Assembly (NCBI GenBank): GCA_964495505.1
Contig: CAZBVM010000002.1
Location: forward strand, 1 to 46,456
Source of the DNA: an uncultured Candidatus Saccharibacteria bacterium
GTDB lineage: Bacteria; Patescibacteriota; Minisyncoccia; UBA10092
Length of the DNA stretch: 46,456 nucleotides
Reading direction: 5' to 3'
This document shows positions 17,436-27,395 of the stretch, one piece after another. Below the pieces are notes generated by a model, which worked only from the letters and a program-made list of their open reading frames with translations, was not told where the DNA came from and searched no databases. The first letter of the stretch is position 1, and each line of letters opens with the position of its first letter. The position numbers and the translations under genes are program-made.

Positions 17436-18557
17436 TTAATGTACAACGTCTAATAACCTGAAAATGTATTCAAATCTTTTTTCCCAAGTATGGTCTCGCA
17501 ATGCTCTTTTCCTGCCCTTTGCGGCGATGGATTCCCGCTCTGCGTCATGGCTAAGATAATATTTGATTTTTTCCAGTAAATCTTCATTATTTTTATAAAG
17601 CACAATTTCTTTGCCATCATCAAAGCATTCTTTTATCCGGTCGTTTTTTGCCGTAATATACATAGAACCACAAAGAGTGGCTTCAAAGTCCCGGCAAGTC
17701 GCGAAAAATCTTCCGCCTCCCCACGAATCGTTGATTCCGAGCACAATTTTACTTCTTGAAAATATCTCAACCATTTTATCAACCGACACCGGGCCGCTGG
17801 GCCAGCCGATGCCGTATACTTCAATATTTATTCCGTTGTCTTTCAAAAACTTTACGACTGACCGTCTTTTCCCGTAATTTCTGCCGACAAAACAAACATT
17901 AATGTCTTTTTTAAGGTTAAGCGGTTTATGAACATTACTATTCCCCGCTTCCGGCAAATAAAGTGGCCTGCCGCCTTCATACAAGTATTTTTCGCAGGAC
18001 GGCTTGTAGCTTACTGCGGTAAGCGTTATATATTTACAAATATCTCTGCTGCCGGACCACCCCGTCGACGTAGGGTAGCCGACAAATTTAATATGGTCGT
18101 CAAATGAAAAATTAACGACGGGTATTTTTAATTTACCCATATCTTTAAACATTTCCGGTAAAAAAATCAAGCCGGAAGCAATGGTAAAAATAAGATTTAT
18201 TTTGCCGCTATCAAAAAGTTTTTTTACATCTTCCGCGAATTGCTTATTAAATTTCCGCTTTTTAAAAATCTGCCACCACAAAGAGTACGGTTTTACATCC
18301 TGCATCGGGTATTCAATAACTTCGCCGAAATGCCTGAGCGCCGGCAGAAGATTATAATCTTCCCAATCGCTGTGTTTATAGACCTTAAGAATTTTTAGCG
18401 GACCGTTCGGCTTTTTGTAATCAAATAGTTTCAGTTTTTCTTTAACCAATTCTTCGGAATATTTTTCTTTGGCCGCGCGCGCATAATAAGCGTCTTCCCT
18501 GTCGGCTTTTTTAATTATGTAAAAATCAAATAATTTTTTAAGAAATCTTTTAAGCAT
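17436..18557 (-). CDS. CgeB-family / DUF3880-like putative glycosyltransferase
   Basis: 373 aa. CFVGRNYGKRRSVVKFL...YGIGW and the C-terminal RALRDHTWEKRFEYIF resemble CgeB-type proteins from memory. Confidence 0.45.
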   Translation of the reverse strand: MLKRFLKKLFDFYIIKKADREDAYYARAAKEKYSEELVKEKLKLFDYKKPNGPLKILKVYKHSDWEDYNLLPALRHFGEVIEYPMQDVKPYSLWWQIFKKRKFNKQFAEDVKKLFDSGKINLIFTIASGLIFLPEMFKDMGKLKIPVVNFSFDDHIKFVGYPTSTGWSGSRDICKYITLTAVSYKPSCEKYLYEGGRPLYLPEAGNSNVHKPLNLKKDINVCFVGRNYGKRRSVVKFLKDNGINIEVYGIGWPSGPVSVDKMVEIFSRSKIVLGINDSWGGGRFFATCRDFEATLCGSMYITAKNDRIKECFDDGKEIVLYKNNEDLLEKIKYYLSHDAERESIAAKGRKRALRDHTWEKRFEYIFRLLDVVH

Positions 18558-19482
18558 TGGTATTTTGGGTAAAGTTTGGTCTTAATTTAAAAAATGAATA
18601 AGACCCCAGAATTAAAAGCCATAACAAATCGAAAAACCGCATAATAACGGACGCGACAACGCCTATATTAGCATCACCCATCATAATGTAGGTAAGTCCA
18701 CCCAAAAACGCTTCCCGCACTATCAAATTTCCCGGAGTTAGAGCGACAATGAAAGAAAATCCGGTTAAAATCGCCAGCATTAAAACAATATAAAAATTGA
18801 TTGAATAATTTAAAACGCTAAAAATCACCGAAAGCCGCAACGCCATAATAAATAAAACAATCGCCGCCACGATAATCAAATAACTTGTATGGCGTCCGGA
18901 ATTTAAAATATCCTTGCGGCTTTGAAACAAATACTCCAGATATTTTAAATATTTATGTTTATCCTTAATTGACTCCGGCAAAAATAAATATAAGGCAATC
19001 AAAACTAAAACCGCCAAAATGAAAAATATAAAATAAACCGGATTTATCGCTTCAAAGACCCGCGAGAAGTCAAAAAAAATAATCAGCCAAGCGCCAACCA
19101 AAAAATAAACAAAAAAATTCGTTAAATAAACCAGAATGGAGCCGGCAATATATTTATTAACCGGAAAATTATGTTTTATTTTCAGGTATGCCCCTTCCGC
19201 GATAATCCCGGCTTTAAGCGGCAAATAATTAAATAAACTGAAATATTGCGAAATGTAAAATGCCTCGCGGAAAGAAATTATTTTCTTGAAAACCGCCAAA
19301 GATAATTTCAAAGCTGCGGCATTTTGCAAAAGAGCGATGATGCTTAAAACCGAGAGCAGAAAAAAATTCCATAAAGAAATTGAGGTCATTTTTTGAATAT
19401 CAAAATCCGCATACTTAAAAATATATAATAATAAAAATACGAACAACGCGTAGCTCAAAATAATTTTAAGATTATTTTTCAT
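18550..19482 (-). CDS. Polytopic membrane protein, UPF0104 / lysyl-PG-synthase-TM (flippase-like) family
   Basis: 310 aa with about 8 TM segments. TPGNLIVREAFLGG resembles the family motif. Confidence 0.5.
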   Translation of the reverse strand: MKNNLKIILSYALFVFLLLYIFKYADFDIQKMTSISLWNFFLLSVLSIIALLQNAAALKLSLAVFKKIISFREAFYISQYFSLFNYLPLKAGIIAEGAYLKIKHNFPVNKYIAGSILVYLTNFFVYFLVGAWLIIFFDFSRVFEAINPVYFIFFILAVLVLIALYLFLPESIKDKHKYLKYLEYLFQSRKDILNSGRHTSYLIIVAAIVLFIMALRLSVIFSVLNYSINFYIVLMLAILTGFSFIVALTPGNLIVREAFLGGLTYIMMGDANIGVVASVIMRFFDLLWLLILGSYSFFKLRPNFTQNTNA

Positions 19483-19490
19483 TTCACTAT

Positions 19491-20210
19491 TTAAATTTTT
19501 TCTGCCATAACTTCTACTATATAATAGCCCGGAATGGGAAGTGTCAGTTTGGAAATTAAATTATAAACTTTGCCGCTTTTATTTGTTTCTTTAAATAATC
19601 CGGATTTTATAAGCAAACGGAGCAAAGCATTGCCAACCGAGGGACGAAAAATTGATAATCTTTGGGAACTGATTTTGAATCCCGAATCTGATACTAAACT
19701 GCAAAATTGACTGGCAGAAGAATATTCCCGTAAATGAGTCGGATCAAGCGCCCATTTCCCATTTGCTCGGTAAAAATACCAGCCATACCATTTTTTAACA
19801 ACGGAAGAAATATATAAAAAGCCGCCGGGTTTCAGGATTCTATAAATTTCGGCAAGTAATTTCTTTTCATCCGGAACGTGTTCTATAACTTGAGTACAAA
19901 TTACCAGATTCACCAATCCATTTTGCATGGCCTTCACCTCTGATGCATCGGAACAAATAGTTTTAACATTATCGCCAAGATTGCTTTTGATTCTCTTAAG
20001 CCTCTCCTCGGACAAATCAATCGCTATTATTTCTTTTATATCTTTTAATAAATTATTCACTATTAAATTATAAAGAATTGCCCCGTCGCCGCAGCCAAAA
20101 TCGGCAACTGAATCAGGATTTATTTTTTTAACCAAATCTGACAGCATTTTTGGGGCCGGTGAATTATAAAAATGGATATTTTCTTTTGAGTATTTTTCAA
20201 AATTTTTCAT
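19491..20210 (-). CDS. Class I SAM-dependent methyltransferase
   Basis: Motif I is VADFGCGDGAILYNL. ICTQVIEHVPD is also present. Confidence 0.8.
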   Translation of the reverse strand: MKNFEKYSKENIHFYNSPAPKMLSDLVKKINPDSVADFGCGDGAILYNLIVNNLLKDIKEIIAIDLSEERLKRIKSNLGDNVKTICSDASEVKAMQNGLVNLVICTQVIEHVPDEKKLLAEIYRILKPGGFLYISSVVKKWYGWYFYRANGKWALDPTHLREYSSASQFCSLVSDSGFKISSQRLSIFRPSVGNALLRLLIKSGLFKETNKSGKVYNLISKLTLPIPGYYIVEVMAEKI

Positions 20211-21310
20211 AAATTGTTTTTGGCCATGAAATTTTTTAATTCTGTTAAGTATTTTCCGGCGATAGTTTTCCAGTTGTAATTATCAACGAAAAATTGTTGC
20301 GCTCGTTTTCCGAATTGTTGGCGAAAATTATCATCGGATAATAATTGGGTTATTTTCCTTGTGTAGCCGTCGGCATCTTGCGATTTTACCAAAAAACCGT
20401 TTTTGCCGTCGGAAATCGCGTCTTGAAGCCCTTCAATATCCGAAGCAACCACAACGCGGCCGCAGGAAGCGGCCTCAATCACCGCAATGCCAAATCCTTC
20501 CAAATCCCCCCCTACGCTAACATTTGGCTGGACAAATATGTCACAGGTATTGAGAAGAACTTCTTTATCTTTTTCCGTAATTTTACCAAGCAATCTGACC
20601 TTATCTTCAAGATTTTCAGCCGTTATTATCTGCCTTATTTGTTTTTCTTCCGGCCCTTCTCCGGCGATTAAATATACCGCTTCTTCGCGGATATTGGGCA
20701 GAACTTTTTCCGCAAACCAGGCCATGCCTTTTCTTTTAACCAAACGGCCGATGGTTAAAAGCGCTTTGTAACCTGACGGCAATTTACCGACTATTTTTTC
20801 CAAATCTCTTCGCGCGTAACCCGGACGGTAATATTTATTCGGGTCAACGCCGACGGGAATAACAGTGAATTTTTCACTAGGGATGCCGCGAGATACGCCG
20901 GCCGCCATGGTCGCGCGGCTTATGGCAATAATTTTATCCAGATTTTTTATGAAAATTTTGACCCACATATTCTGATATAAATTCGAATTATAAGTAAGGT
21001 CTAATCCGACCGCGACGCAAAAAACCGGTTTTTTAGAAAACAATTTCAGAAACCAGCCGGCGATTCCCAACATGCCGTCCCCTAAAATTACGGCATCGTA
21101 CTGCCGGCGCAATAATATTAAACTTTTAAAAAACGCGTAAGGCAGAAAAAAAGGTAAAAAAAATTTCCCGCGCCGATTAGCGATAATTTTAGTCGGCGTT
21201 AGTTTCGCCAGCGATTCCGCCAGTTCATAATTTAAAGTTTCAATGCCGCCTATAGTCGGCGGGTATGAGCGGGAAATAAAAATAATTTTCGGATTTTGGC
21301 GAAATATCAT
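20207..21310 (-). CDS. GT4-family glycosyltransferase
   Basis: EGFGIAVIEAASCGRVVVAS. ATGA overlaps are present on both sides. Confidence 0.85.
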   Translation of the reverse strand: MIFRQNPKIIFISRSYPPTIGGIETLNYELAESLAKLTPTKIIANRRGKFFLPFFLPYAFFKSLILLRRQYDAVILGDGMLGIAGWFLKLFSKKPVFCVAVGLDLTYNSNLYQNMWVKIFIKNLDKIIAISRATMAAGVSRGIPSEKFTVIPVGVDPNKYYRPGYARRDLEKIVGKLPSGYKALLTIGRLVKRKGMAWFAEKVLPNIREEAVYLIAGEGPEEKQIRQIITAENLEDKVRLLGKITEKDKEVLLNTCDIFVQPNVSVGGDLEGFGIAVIEAASCGRVVVASDIEGLQDAISDGKNGFLVKSQDADGYTRKITQLLSDDNFRQQFGKRAQQFFVDNYNWKTIAGKYLTELKNFMAKNNL

Positions 21311-22263
21311 ATCTTTTTTCCATATTCCACCTTTTTAAGTCGATACAAAACTTCCTCCTGATTGCGGCGGATTCTTTTGAGCATGTCGGCCACAAGAGCC
21401 AGGATAATCATCAAAAAACCGAGAATCAAAAGGGTGATCGCGGAAAAAAATAAGGTTTTGACGGGAGTCGTGTAACCGGTAACAAACCAGAATATGAATG
21501 AATATAACGCGCCCATAAATCCCAGGCCGGAAATTAAGAGTCCCGGCAATCCAAAAAATTTGAGAGGATAATAATCGCGGAAAGTCCTTAAAACAATCGT
21601 CAGCGCTTGAATTCCGTAATTTACAAGCGAACCCGATATCCGGGAATTTCTTCCCGAATGATAAATGACCCTAATTGGCACTTCTTTAATCTTCTGGTCT
21701 TTTCCGACTAAATCCAAAAGCGCTTCTTGGGTATAAGTAAATCCGCCAAAAAGATTAAGACGCAGCGCCGCCTCGCGCGAATAGGCCCTGAAGCCGCAAG
21801 CGGTATCGGTAAAATTTCTGCCGGTCAGTTTATTTATCAGCCAAACAAAAAATTTATTGCCAAAGCGCCTTAATCCGGACATGCGCGGTATTTTTTGATT
21901 ATTCAAAAATCTCGTTCCGGTTACCATATCGGCTTCTCCGCTTAATATTGGCCTGACGAGATCAGTAATTTCAGCCGGATTAAATTGATTATCGGCGTCA
22001 ATATTAACAATAATATCGGCGCCCATTTTAAGCGCGTTTTTTATTCCGTCTGAAAAAGTCGCGCCCAGACCCTCGTTTGAAGTGTGAGAAATTACGAAAG
22101 CGCCCGTTTTTTTTGCGACTTCCGCCGTATTATCCGTTGAACCGTCGTTTATAACAAGCGCTCCGATTTCATCTATGCCTTCAATAGTTTTCGAGACGTG
22201 GCTGATTACGTTCTCTATGGTTTCTGCTTCGTTATAGGCGGGAATTATAACAATCAATTTCAT
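21307..22263 (-). CDS. GT2 polyprenyl-phosphate sugar synthase (Dpm1/GtrB/ArnC-like) with two C-terminal TM helices
   Basis: MKLIVIIPAYNEAETI...VINDGSTDNT...NIDADNQ. The C-terminus has hydrophobic helices. Confidence 0.8.
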   Translation of the reverse strand: MKLIVIIPAYNEAETIENVISHVSKTIEGIDEIGALVINDGSTDNTAEVAKKTGAFVISHTSNEGLGATFSDGIKNALKMGADIIVNIDADNQFNPAEITDLVRPILSGEADMVTGTRFLNNQKIPRMSGLRRFGNKFFVWLINKLTGRNFTDTACGFRAYSREAALRLNLFGGFTYTQEALLDLVGKDQKIKEVPIRVIYHSGRNSRISGSLVNYGIQALTIVLRTFRDYYPLKFFGLPGLLISGLGFMGALYSFIFWFVTGYTTPVKTLFFSAITLLILGFLMIILALVADMLKRIRRNQEEVLYRLKKVEYGKKI

Positions 22264-22291
22264 CTATAATAGAATACAATTTTTTTAGTGT

Positions 22292-24514
22292 TTAGTCAAA
22301 ATTTGCCGCGTAAACAACTATATTGTTATTTTCAAAGACCGAATTAAAATATTTTTTGCCAATCCGCCAATTTGGATTTTTATTTTTATCCCATACCAGA
22401 TAGTCAACCCGATACTTTTTTAGTTCTTCCAAAAAATTATTTTTTTGAAGCTCTTGCGCGCGCAGAATAACTCTTTGAATCGCTTCTTTAGGCAAATAAA
22501 TTTCCGGCTCCGTTTTTAATCCCAAAAAGCGCCTTAGTTTATTGCCCTGAACGGCATGGCCGTAGGCATCCACGTATCTGTTGCCATAAACCGAACGGGT
22601 ATTTTCAATGATAAAATCTTTATTAAAGTATTCTCCGCCCCAGAGGGGCGAGATCTCGCCTCCGGCGGAAAAAAAACTATTCAAAATAAATCTGTCTAAA
22701 ACCTCATCGTCGGAAATAAAAAATGAATTAGCATTGCGATGATAAAAAACGTTGTTTGCCGTATAAACCGGTATCAAACCAGATAGCGAATTATTGGCAT
22801 AAACTACGGAATCATTTTTTGTGTTTTTATTGAGCCAATCAAAAATCGGAGCGTAATTTTGGATATAAATTCCTCCTTCGCCGATGGCAAATGATTGGTT
22901 TGAGTAATTGCGCAAACCGCTGAAAATTACCAAAAAAACTATCAAAATAATTGCCGCGGTTATTATTCTTTTTCGGTTGGTAAAACTCAACAGATAAACA
23001 GCTGAAAAAACCAAAAAAAACATCGCGCCCATATCGTAATGGCTTGAAAATTCAAAATTTTTTCCGGTTATCAAATGCTGATTGACGGCAATAATGCTTG
23101 CCAAAATGCCGGAAACAAAGAACATGGTTTTAACATTCCATTTAATAATTTTTCGCCATAAAAACCAGCCGAAAATTGCAAAACCCAATATGCTCCAAAA
23201 TATTATTCGCAGTCCCGACGGAAAACGGGAATAAATCATGCTGATTCGCGTTAACGTTTCAGTATAATAAGGCAACCGCGCCGAAAGATAATTTAGATAA
23301 AAATAAGGAATGGCCAATACCAGTCCGCCGGCGGCAATCGCGGCAATTTTTAGGGCAAATTCTCTATTTTCCCAAAAATAAGCCGCAATTAAAATTCCAA
23401 AAAATATCAGGTAAAACGTCCAATAATAAGGATAGATATAAAAAAGCAACCCAAAATTTAAAATATTCAACAATACAAGCGCAGATTTATGCGGATTTAG
23501 CGCGGATTCACGCAGAATTTTTGAATCAATTCGCGCCGATTTCAACTGATCATTCTCTGTTTCCAAGCGAGCTATATCAAAAATCTTTCTTTCAATCTGT
23601 AATTTATTGCCAAAATTTATCAACAATCCTAATTTATATGGAGATTTTTTTAAATAAGTCCAGAATTGCCTTCTGCTTTCATTCTTTAGGAATGGCAAAC
23701 TTTTTAACTCAATAAGAATGCGATCATCCACGATAATATCAAAAATCTGTGTTCCAACTTTTTGATCATAGTAAAAAATATCTTGCCTTTTTTGATTTTC
23801 AACCTTAAGCCCAATATTGATAAATTCAGCAATGAGCGCCCTTTCAATCAATTTTTCATTAAAGCCGCCTCGAAAATCTTTCCAAACTTTATAGCAAGCA
23901 CCGCGTATCTTATAAGTTATGTCTCCGTAAAGAAGTTCGGTTTTTTCTCCGCGTTGATCCGCTTCTATCCGCGTTGATCCGCGCTTGTCAATTAAAAGCC
24001 AGAGGAAAATAAACTGTGAAAGCCAGAATATGAAATTAAACTGCGGACTTACCGGCCGAATGAAGGTTATTAAGTACAATCCGAAAAACAAAAAGGAAGA
24101 AGAAATGATTGACCAAAATCGAGATTTTGTAATTAAATAAAGTCCGAGATAGGTTAAGAAAAAAGCAACTGCGGGAAGTAAAAAATTATAAATTAGATGG
24201 GCCGTATTTATATTTAAATTTAATAATTTTATCGGCTGTGCTAAAATATATTCCGCTAAAAATAATTGCTGGGGCGAGCCATCCTTATGTTCAAATAAAT
24301 AAGCGTTGCTTAAAAAAATATGGCCGTCTATGACGTCTTTAATCCGGGCATAATAAAACATTTCATCATCCACAAACTGAGGAAAAATACCGCGGAAATC
24401 AGACCCGAGCTTAACCTGAAAATAAAAAAAAGGCAAAACCATTAAAAAGCCCAAAATGACCGCTAAAATTACCGCGCTCCAGTGATATTTTACCGACCTC
24501 AAAATTCTTATCAT
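22292..24514 (-). CDS. GT-C-like polytopic membrane protein carrying an in-frame GxxExxY-domain insertion
   Basis: The track start 24532 is TTG, so the ATG at 24514 (MIRILRS...) is preferred. The first-loop motif is VDDEMFYYARIKDV. The C-terminal domain is paralogous to 3909..5801. The reading frame is uninterrupted through the insertion. Confidence 0.7.
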   Translation of the reverse strand: MIRILRSVKYHWSAVILAVILGFLMVLPFFYFQVKLGSDFRGIFPQFVDDEMFYYARIKDVIDGHIFLSNAYLFEHKDGSPQQLFLAEYILAQPIKLLNLNINTAHLIYNFLLPAVAFFLTYLGLYLITKSRFWSIISSSFLFFGLYLITFIRPVSPQFNFIFWLSQFIFLWLLIDKRGSTRIEADQRGEKTELLYGDITYKIRGACYKVWKDFRGGFNEKLIERALIAEFINIGLKVENQKRQDIFYYDQKVGTQIFDIIVDDRILIELKSLPFLKNESRRQFWTYLKKSPYKLGLLINFGNKLQIERKIFDIARLETENDQLKSARIDSKILRESALNPHKSALVLLNILNFGLLFYIYPYYWTFYLIFFGILIAAYFWENREFALKIAAIAAGGLVLAIPYFYLNYLSARLPYYTETLTRISMIYSRFPSGLRIIFWSILGFAIFGWFLWRKIIKWNVKTMFFVSGILASIIAVNQHLITGKNFEFSSHYDMGAMFFLVFSAVYLLSFTNRKRIITAAIILIVFLVIFSGLRNYSNQSFAIGEGGIYIQNYAPIFDWLNKNTKNDSVVYANNSLSGLIPVYTANNVFYHRNANSFFISDDEVLDRFILNSFFSAGGEISPLWGGEYFNKDFIIENTRSVYGNRYVDAYGHAVQGNKLRRFLGLKTEPEIYLPKEAIQRVILRAQELQKNNFLEELKKYRVDYLVWDKNKNPNWRIGKKYFNSVFENNNIVVYAANFD
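23480..23990 (-). mobile_element. About 510-bp in-frame module encoding a GxxExxY-family PD-(D/E)XK nuclease-fold domain, flanked by inverted arrays of GCGGATNNNN decamers
   Basis: The domain reads LLYGDITYKIRGACYKVWKDFRGGFNEKLIERAL...FDIIVDDRILIELKSL...RRQFWTYLKKSPYKLGLLINFG. The left flank on the + strand is GCAGATTTAT GCGGATTTAGC GCGGATTCAC GCAG (23481-23515). The right flank is CCGCGTTGATCCGC ttctat CCGCGTTGATCCGCGC (23949-23985), which is the inverted orientation. Confidence 0.65.
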
Positions 24515-24515
24515 G

Positions 24516-25373
24516 TTATGATTTTTTGGCAATTATGAAAAAATCATCGCGAAAATCAACCGGCAAGCTTATACTTCCCAAGCGTGTCCCCGCCAATAAA
24601 TCCGCCGCCCATCGCCAAATAAAAATATTCTGCCATCTGGCCAACATATTAAATAAATATTGCAAAGCAAATTTTTTCCTGATTTTGCCCGCATAAACTA
24701 CCTCAAAACCAATTTTGGAAAGCAAAAAGCAAAGATTGTTTTGGTTGAAATAAATGACATGTTCGGGCGGAATAAACTTGTACCAGCGTTTCCCTAAAAT
24801 TTTCGCGGCAAAACTGCCGGTATCTATGGTATTGATAGCAACCACTCCCCCCGGTTTAAGTATTTTATAAATCACTCTAAAATCAAAATCCGGATTTATC
24901 AGATGCTCTAAAACATCCCATAAAGTTACCGCATCAAAAAATTCCGGTTTAAAATCGGATTTTTCAAGCGTGCCGGTGACGACCTTCAACCCTCTTCTCC
25001 TGGCAATTTCCGCGGCATATTCCGAAATTTCAATTCCGCTTCCTTCAAAACCCGCCTTTTCTGCCAATTGCAAAAAATATCCGGTCGCCGCGCCAATATC
25101 CAATAATTTATTGCCACTGGAAAAATCCTTGATTTTTTCCAGATAAGTAACAAGCGTTTTGGACATTGCCAATTTATCATCGTCATAGTTGACATAACCA
25201 AAACCTTTTTTAGCGCCGAAAAAATAATCGGCAGAATATATTTCGGAGAAATTTTCCGGTAATGGAAAAATAAAAACCAAACCGCATTTTTTGCAGCGCC
25301 AAAGATCAAAATTATTTTTTTTCGTAAAAAAATCCGCGGTCTGGCTGTTACAAACAATGCAGAATTGATTCAT
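24516..25373 (-). CDS. Class I SAM-dependent methyltransferase with an N-terminal Cys4 zinc-ribbon
   Basis: CIVCNS...CKKCG, then motif I LLDIGAATGYFL, then LWDVLEHLINP. Confidence 0.8.
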   Translation of the reverse strand: MNQFCIVCNSQTADFFTKKNNFDLWRCKKCGLVFIFPLPENFSEIYSADYFFGAKKGFGYVNYDDDKLAMSKTLVTYLEKIKDFSSGNKLLDIGAATGYFLQLAEKAGFEGSGIEISEYAAEIARRRGLKVVTGTLEKSDFKPEFFDAVTLWDVLEHLINPDFDFRVIYKILKPGGVVAINTIDTGSFAAKILGKRWYKFIPPEHVIYFNQNNLCFLLSKIGFEVVYAGKIRKKFALQYLFNMLARWQNIFIWRWAADLLAGTRLGSISLPVDFRDDFFIIAKKS

Positions 25374-25378
25374 TTAAT

Positions 25379-26650
25379 TTATATGATTTCAAATTTAGGC
25401 AAGGGCACGATAAACTTGCCTCCTAACCTCAAAAATTCTTGTTCGCGCCCCTTAAATTCCTCCATAAAATGCCACGGCAATACTAAAAAATAATCAGGTT
25501 TTTCAGCACGGGCTTGTTCTTCAGAAATAATAGGAATCATTGTGCTAATGGTCTTCTTGCCCCATTTATCGGGATTTCTTTCCGCAGCAGCGGCAATAAT
25601 ATTATGATCAAGTCCGTAGAATTGCAACAAAGTATTCCCTTTCGTCGAAGCGCCGTAAACATAAATTTTTTTTCCTTTTTCATGTTCATTTTTAACAAAA
25701 GCTACCAATTGGTCTCTAAGTTTATGAATATTTTCTACGAAATCTTTATATATTTTTTTATTGTCAAGCCCCAAGTCCTCTTCAAACTTACGCAAATCTT
25801 TTACGCGCTTTTCTGCGCCCGCAGAAATTTTAACGGTTTCGCCCCCATCTTTGTGGCGAATATAGGTTCTAAAACTTCCGCCATTAATATCATTAAGTTC
25901 AACATCGAAAATTTCAAGATTATGTCGTTTTAATAAATTTTCAAGCGAAAGTAAGGAATAATATTCAAGATGTTCATGGCAGATGTTGTCAAAAGCGTTT
26001 TGTGAAAGCATGGAGGGCAGATAGCTCATTTGAATAATGAAGATACCCTCTTTATCCAAACATCTGACCACGTCTGAAACAAACGCATTGGGATCTTCCA
26101 GATCGTAAAACATGGCGATGGCGGTAATAGCCGTGGCTTTGGAATCGCTGAATTCTTTTTGCCACGCTAGGTAGCTGAAAAAATCATTAATAATGCGAGT
26201 CGTGCCTTCGCGCGCCAACTTCATAAGATTAGTTGCAGGCTCAAAACCAATGGTCTTTACGCCATCTGCAAAATAACCGCGCAGCAATGTCCCGTCGTTG
26301 GCACCAATATCAATTAAATAATCACCGGACTTTAAATCAACAAGTTCTTCAACTTTCTTCGCAATCCCGTTAAGCTCACCAGTCATGGTCTTGTTCACGC
26401 CAGAACGGTACCAATAATTTCGGTACATTGCCTCATGCGCAGCGGTGTGCTTCAACTGCAATAAGCCGCAGCCACCATCCTTTTTATTGCAAAGGACTAA
26501 TTCAAGCGGGATTTTGGAATTTTCATCTTGCCCCAACGCGTCATCCACAAAGTCAGACATATACAAGTCGCCCAATGATAAAATAGGCACTAACGGTTTA
26601 AAATCGCAAACTCGGCAAGTGTCTCTTACGGCAATTATTTTTTGTTTCAT
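25379..26650 (-). CDS. NDP-hexose C-methyltransferase (TylCIII/NovU-like: Zn-binding N-domain + MTase + C-methyltransferase C-domain)
   Basis: 423 aa. CRVCDFKPLVPILSLGDLYMSDF, then LIDIGANDGTLL, then a C-terminal Rossmann-like block IYVYGASTKGNTLLQF. Confidence 0.75.
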   Translation of the reverse strand: MKQKIIAVRDTCRVCDFKPLVPILSLGDLYMSDFVDDALGQDENSKIPLELVLCNKKDGGCGLLQLKHTAAHEAMYRNYWYRSGVNKTMTGELNGIAKKVEELVDLKSGDYLIDIGANDGTLLRGYFADGVKTIGFEPATNLMKLAREGTTRIINDFFSYLAWQKEFSDSKATAITAIAMFYDLEDPNAFVSDVVRCLDKEGIFIIQMSYLPSMLSQNAFDNICHEHLEYYSLLSLENLLKRHNLEIFDVELNDINGGSFRTYIRHKDGGETVKISAGAEKRVKDLRKFEEDLGLDNKKIYKDFVENIHKLRDQLVAFVKNEHEKGKKIYVYGASTKGNTLLQFYGLDHNIIAAAAERNPDKWGKKTISTMIPIISEEQARAEKPDYFLVLPWHFMEEFKGREQEFLRLGGKFIVPLPKFEII

Positions 26651-26662
26651 TGGTTTATTACT

Positions 26663-27394
26663 TTACTTTGATTTATCAAAAAAAGTGTAACAAGTCAATT
26701 TAAAGAAATATTTCGGCGCTTGCGTAAGAAAATTCATTTTTGAATCGCCGAATTTCCTATTATAAAATATCACTGGAATTTCTGCAAGTTTTGCTCTTTT
26801 CTTTAGGATGCGAAAAATTGTTTCAAAAAGAAAAAAATGTCCATCTTCAACGGTTTTAATTTCAAGCCATTTTGATCGGCGCAAAATGCGAAAATTGGTA
26901 TTAAAGTTACGGATATTTTTCATACCGCTGAAATTTTTTATTGTCCAATTGCCAACTCGGCTTACCAGATAACTTACCCTTACCCATAACGGTTTGTGTT
27001 CTTGTTTAAGTGGCTTATACTCAACCTTGTAGCCAAGCACGATATCGTAACCCTCTTTAATCGTTTCAAAAAGACGCCCCATATCTTCAACAACAAAAGA
27101 GAGGTCGGCGTCGGAAGACAGAATATATTCTCCTTCAGCGGCGTTGTAGCCGTCGCGCAGGGCAGAACCTATGCCTAAAAGTTTTGGTCGTGATATAAGT
27201 TTAATATTGCCAAATTTCTTATTTAACGAATCCAGAAGTTCCTTTGTGCCATCCCGCGAATTATCGTCAACAACAATAATTTCAAAAGAATGGCCGTTAA
27301 AGGCCTTTTCAATTTCAGGGATAAATATGGCCAGGTTTTTTGCTTCCTTATAAGCCGGCAGGACTATAGAAAGTTTTAACGGATTTTCATCCAT
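26663..27394 (-). CDS. GT2 polyprenyl-phosphate glycosyltransferase (Dpm1-like, soluble)
   Basis: LSIVLPAYKEAKNL...IIVVDDNSRDGT...SSDADLS. Confidence 0.8.
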   Translation of the reverse strand: MDENPLKLSIVLPAYKEAKNLAIFIPEIEKAFNGHSFEIIVVDDNSRDGTKELLDSLNKKFGNIKLISRPKLLGIGSALRDGYNAAEGEYILSSDADLSFVVEDMGRLFETIKEGYDIVLGYKVEYKPLKQEHKPLWVRVSYLVSRVGNWTIKNFSGMKNIRNFNTNFRILRRSKWLEIKTVEDGHFFLFETIFRILKKRAKLAEIPVIFYNRKFGDSKMNFLTQAPKYFFKLTCYTFFDKSK

Positions 27395-27395
27395 T

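Noticed and set aside
23481-23985. GCGGATNNNN arrays (also 13408-13443) as a CRISPR array
   Set aside because: The units are about 10-11 nt and contiguous, with no spacers of CRISPR length. Only about 4 units occur per array, they are inside coding sequence, and no cas genes are present.
23480-23990. The in-frame GxxExxY insertion as an intein
   Set aside because: There is no Cys/Ser/Thr at the N-junction with a matching C-terminal HN + Cys/Ser/Thr. No Hint-domain blocks are present. The domain is a PD-(D/E)XK fold and the boundaries are DNA repeats.
24986-25357. 123-aa same-strand ORF overlapping the 24516-25373 methyltransferase in another frame
   Set aside because: The methyltransferase frame carries clear motif I and zinc-ribbon signatures. 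The alternative frame is basic and low-complexity with no motif.
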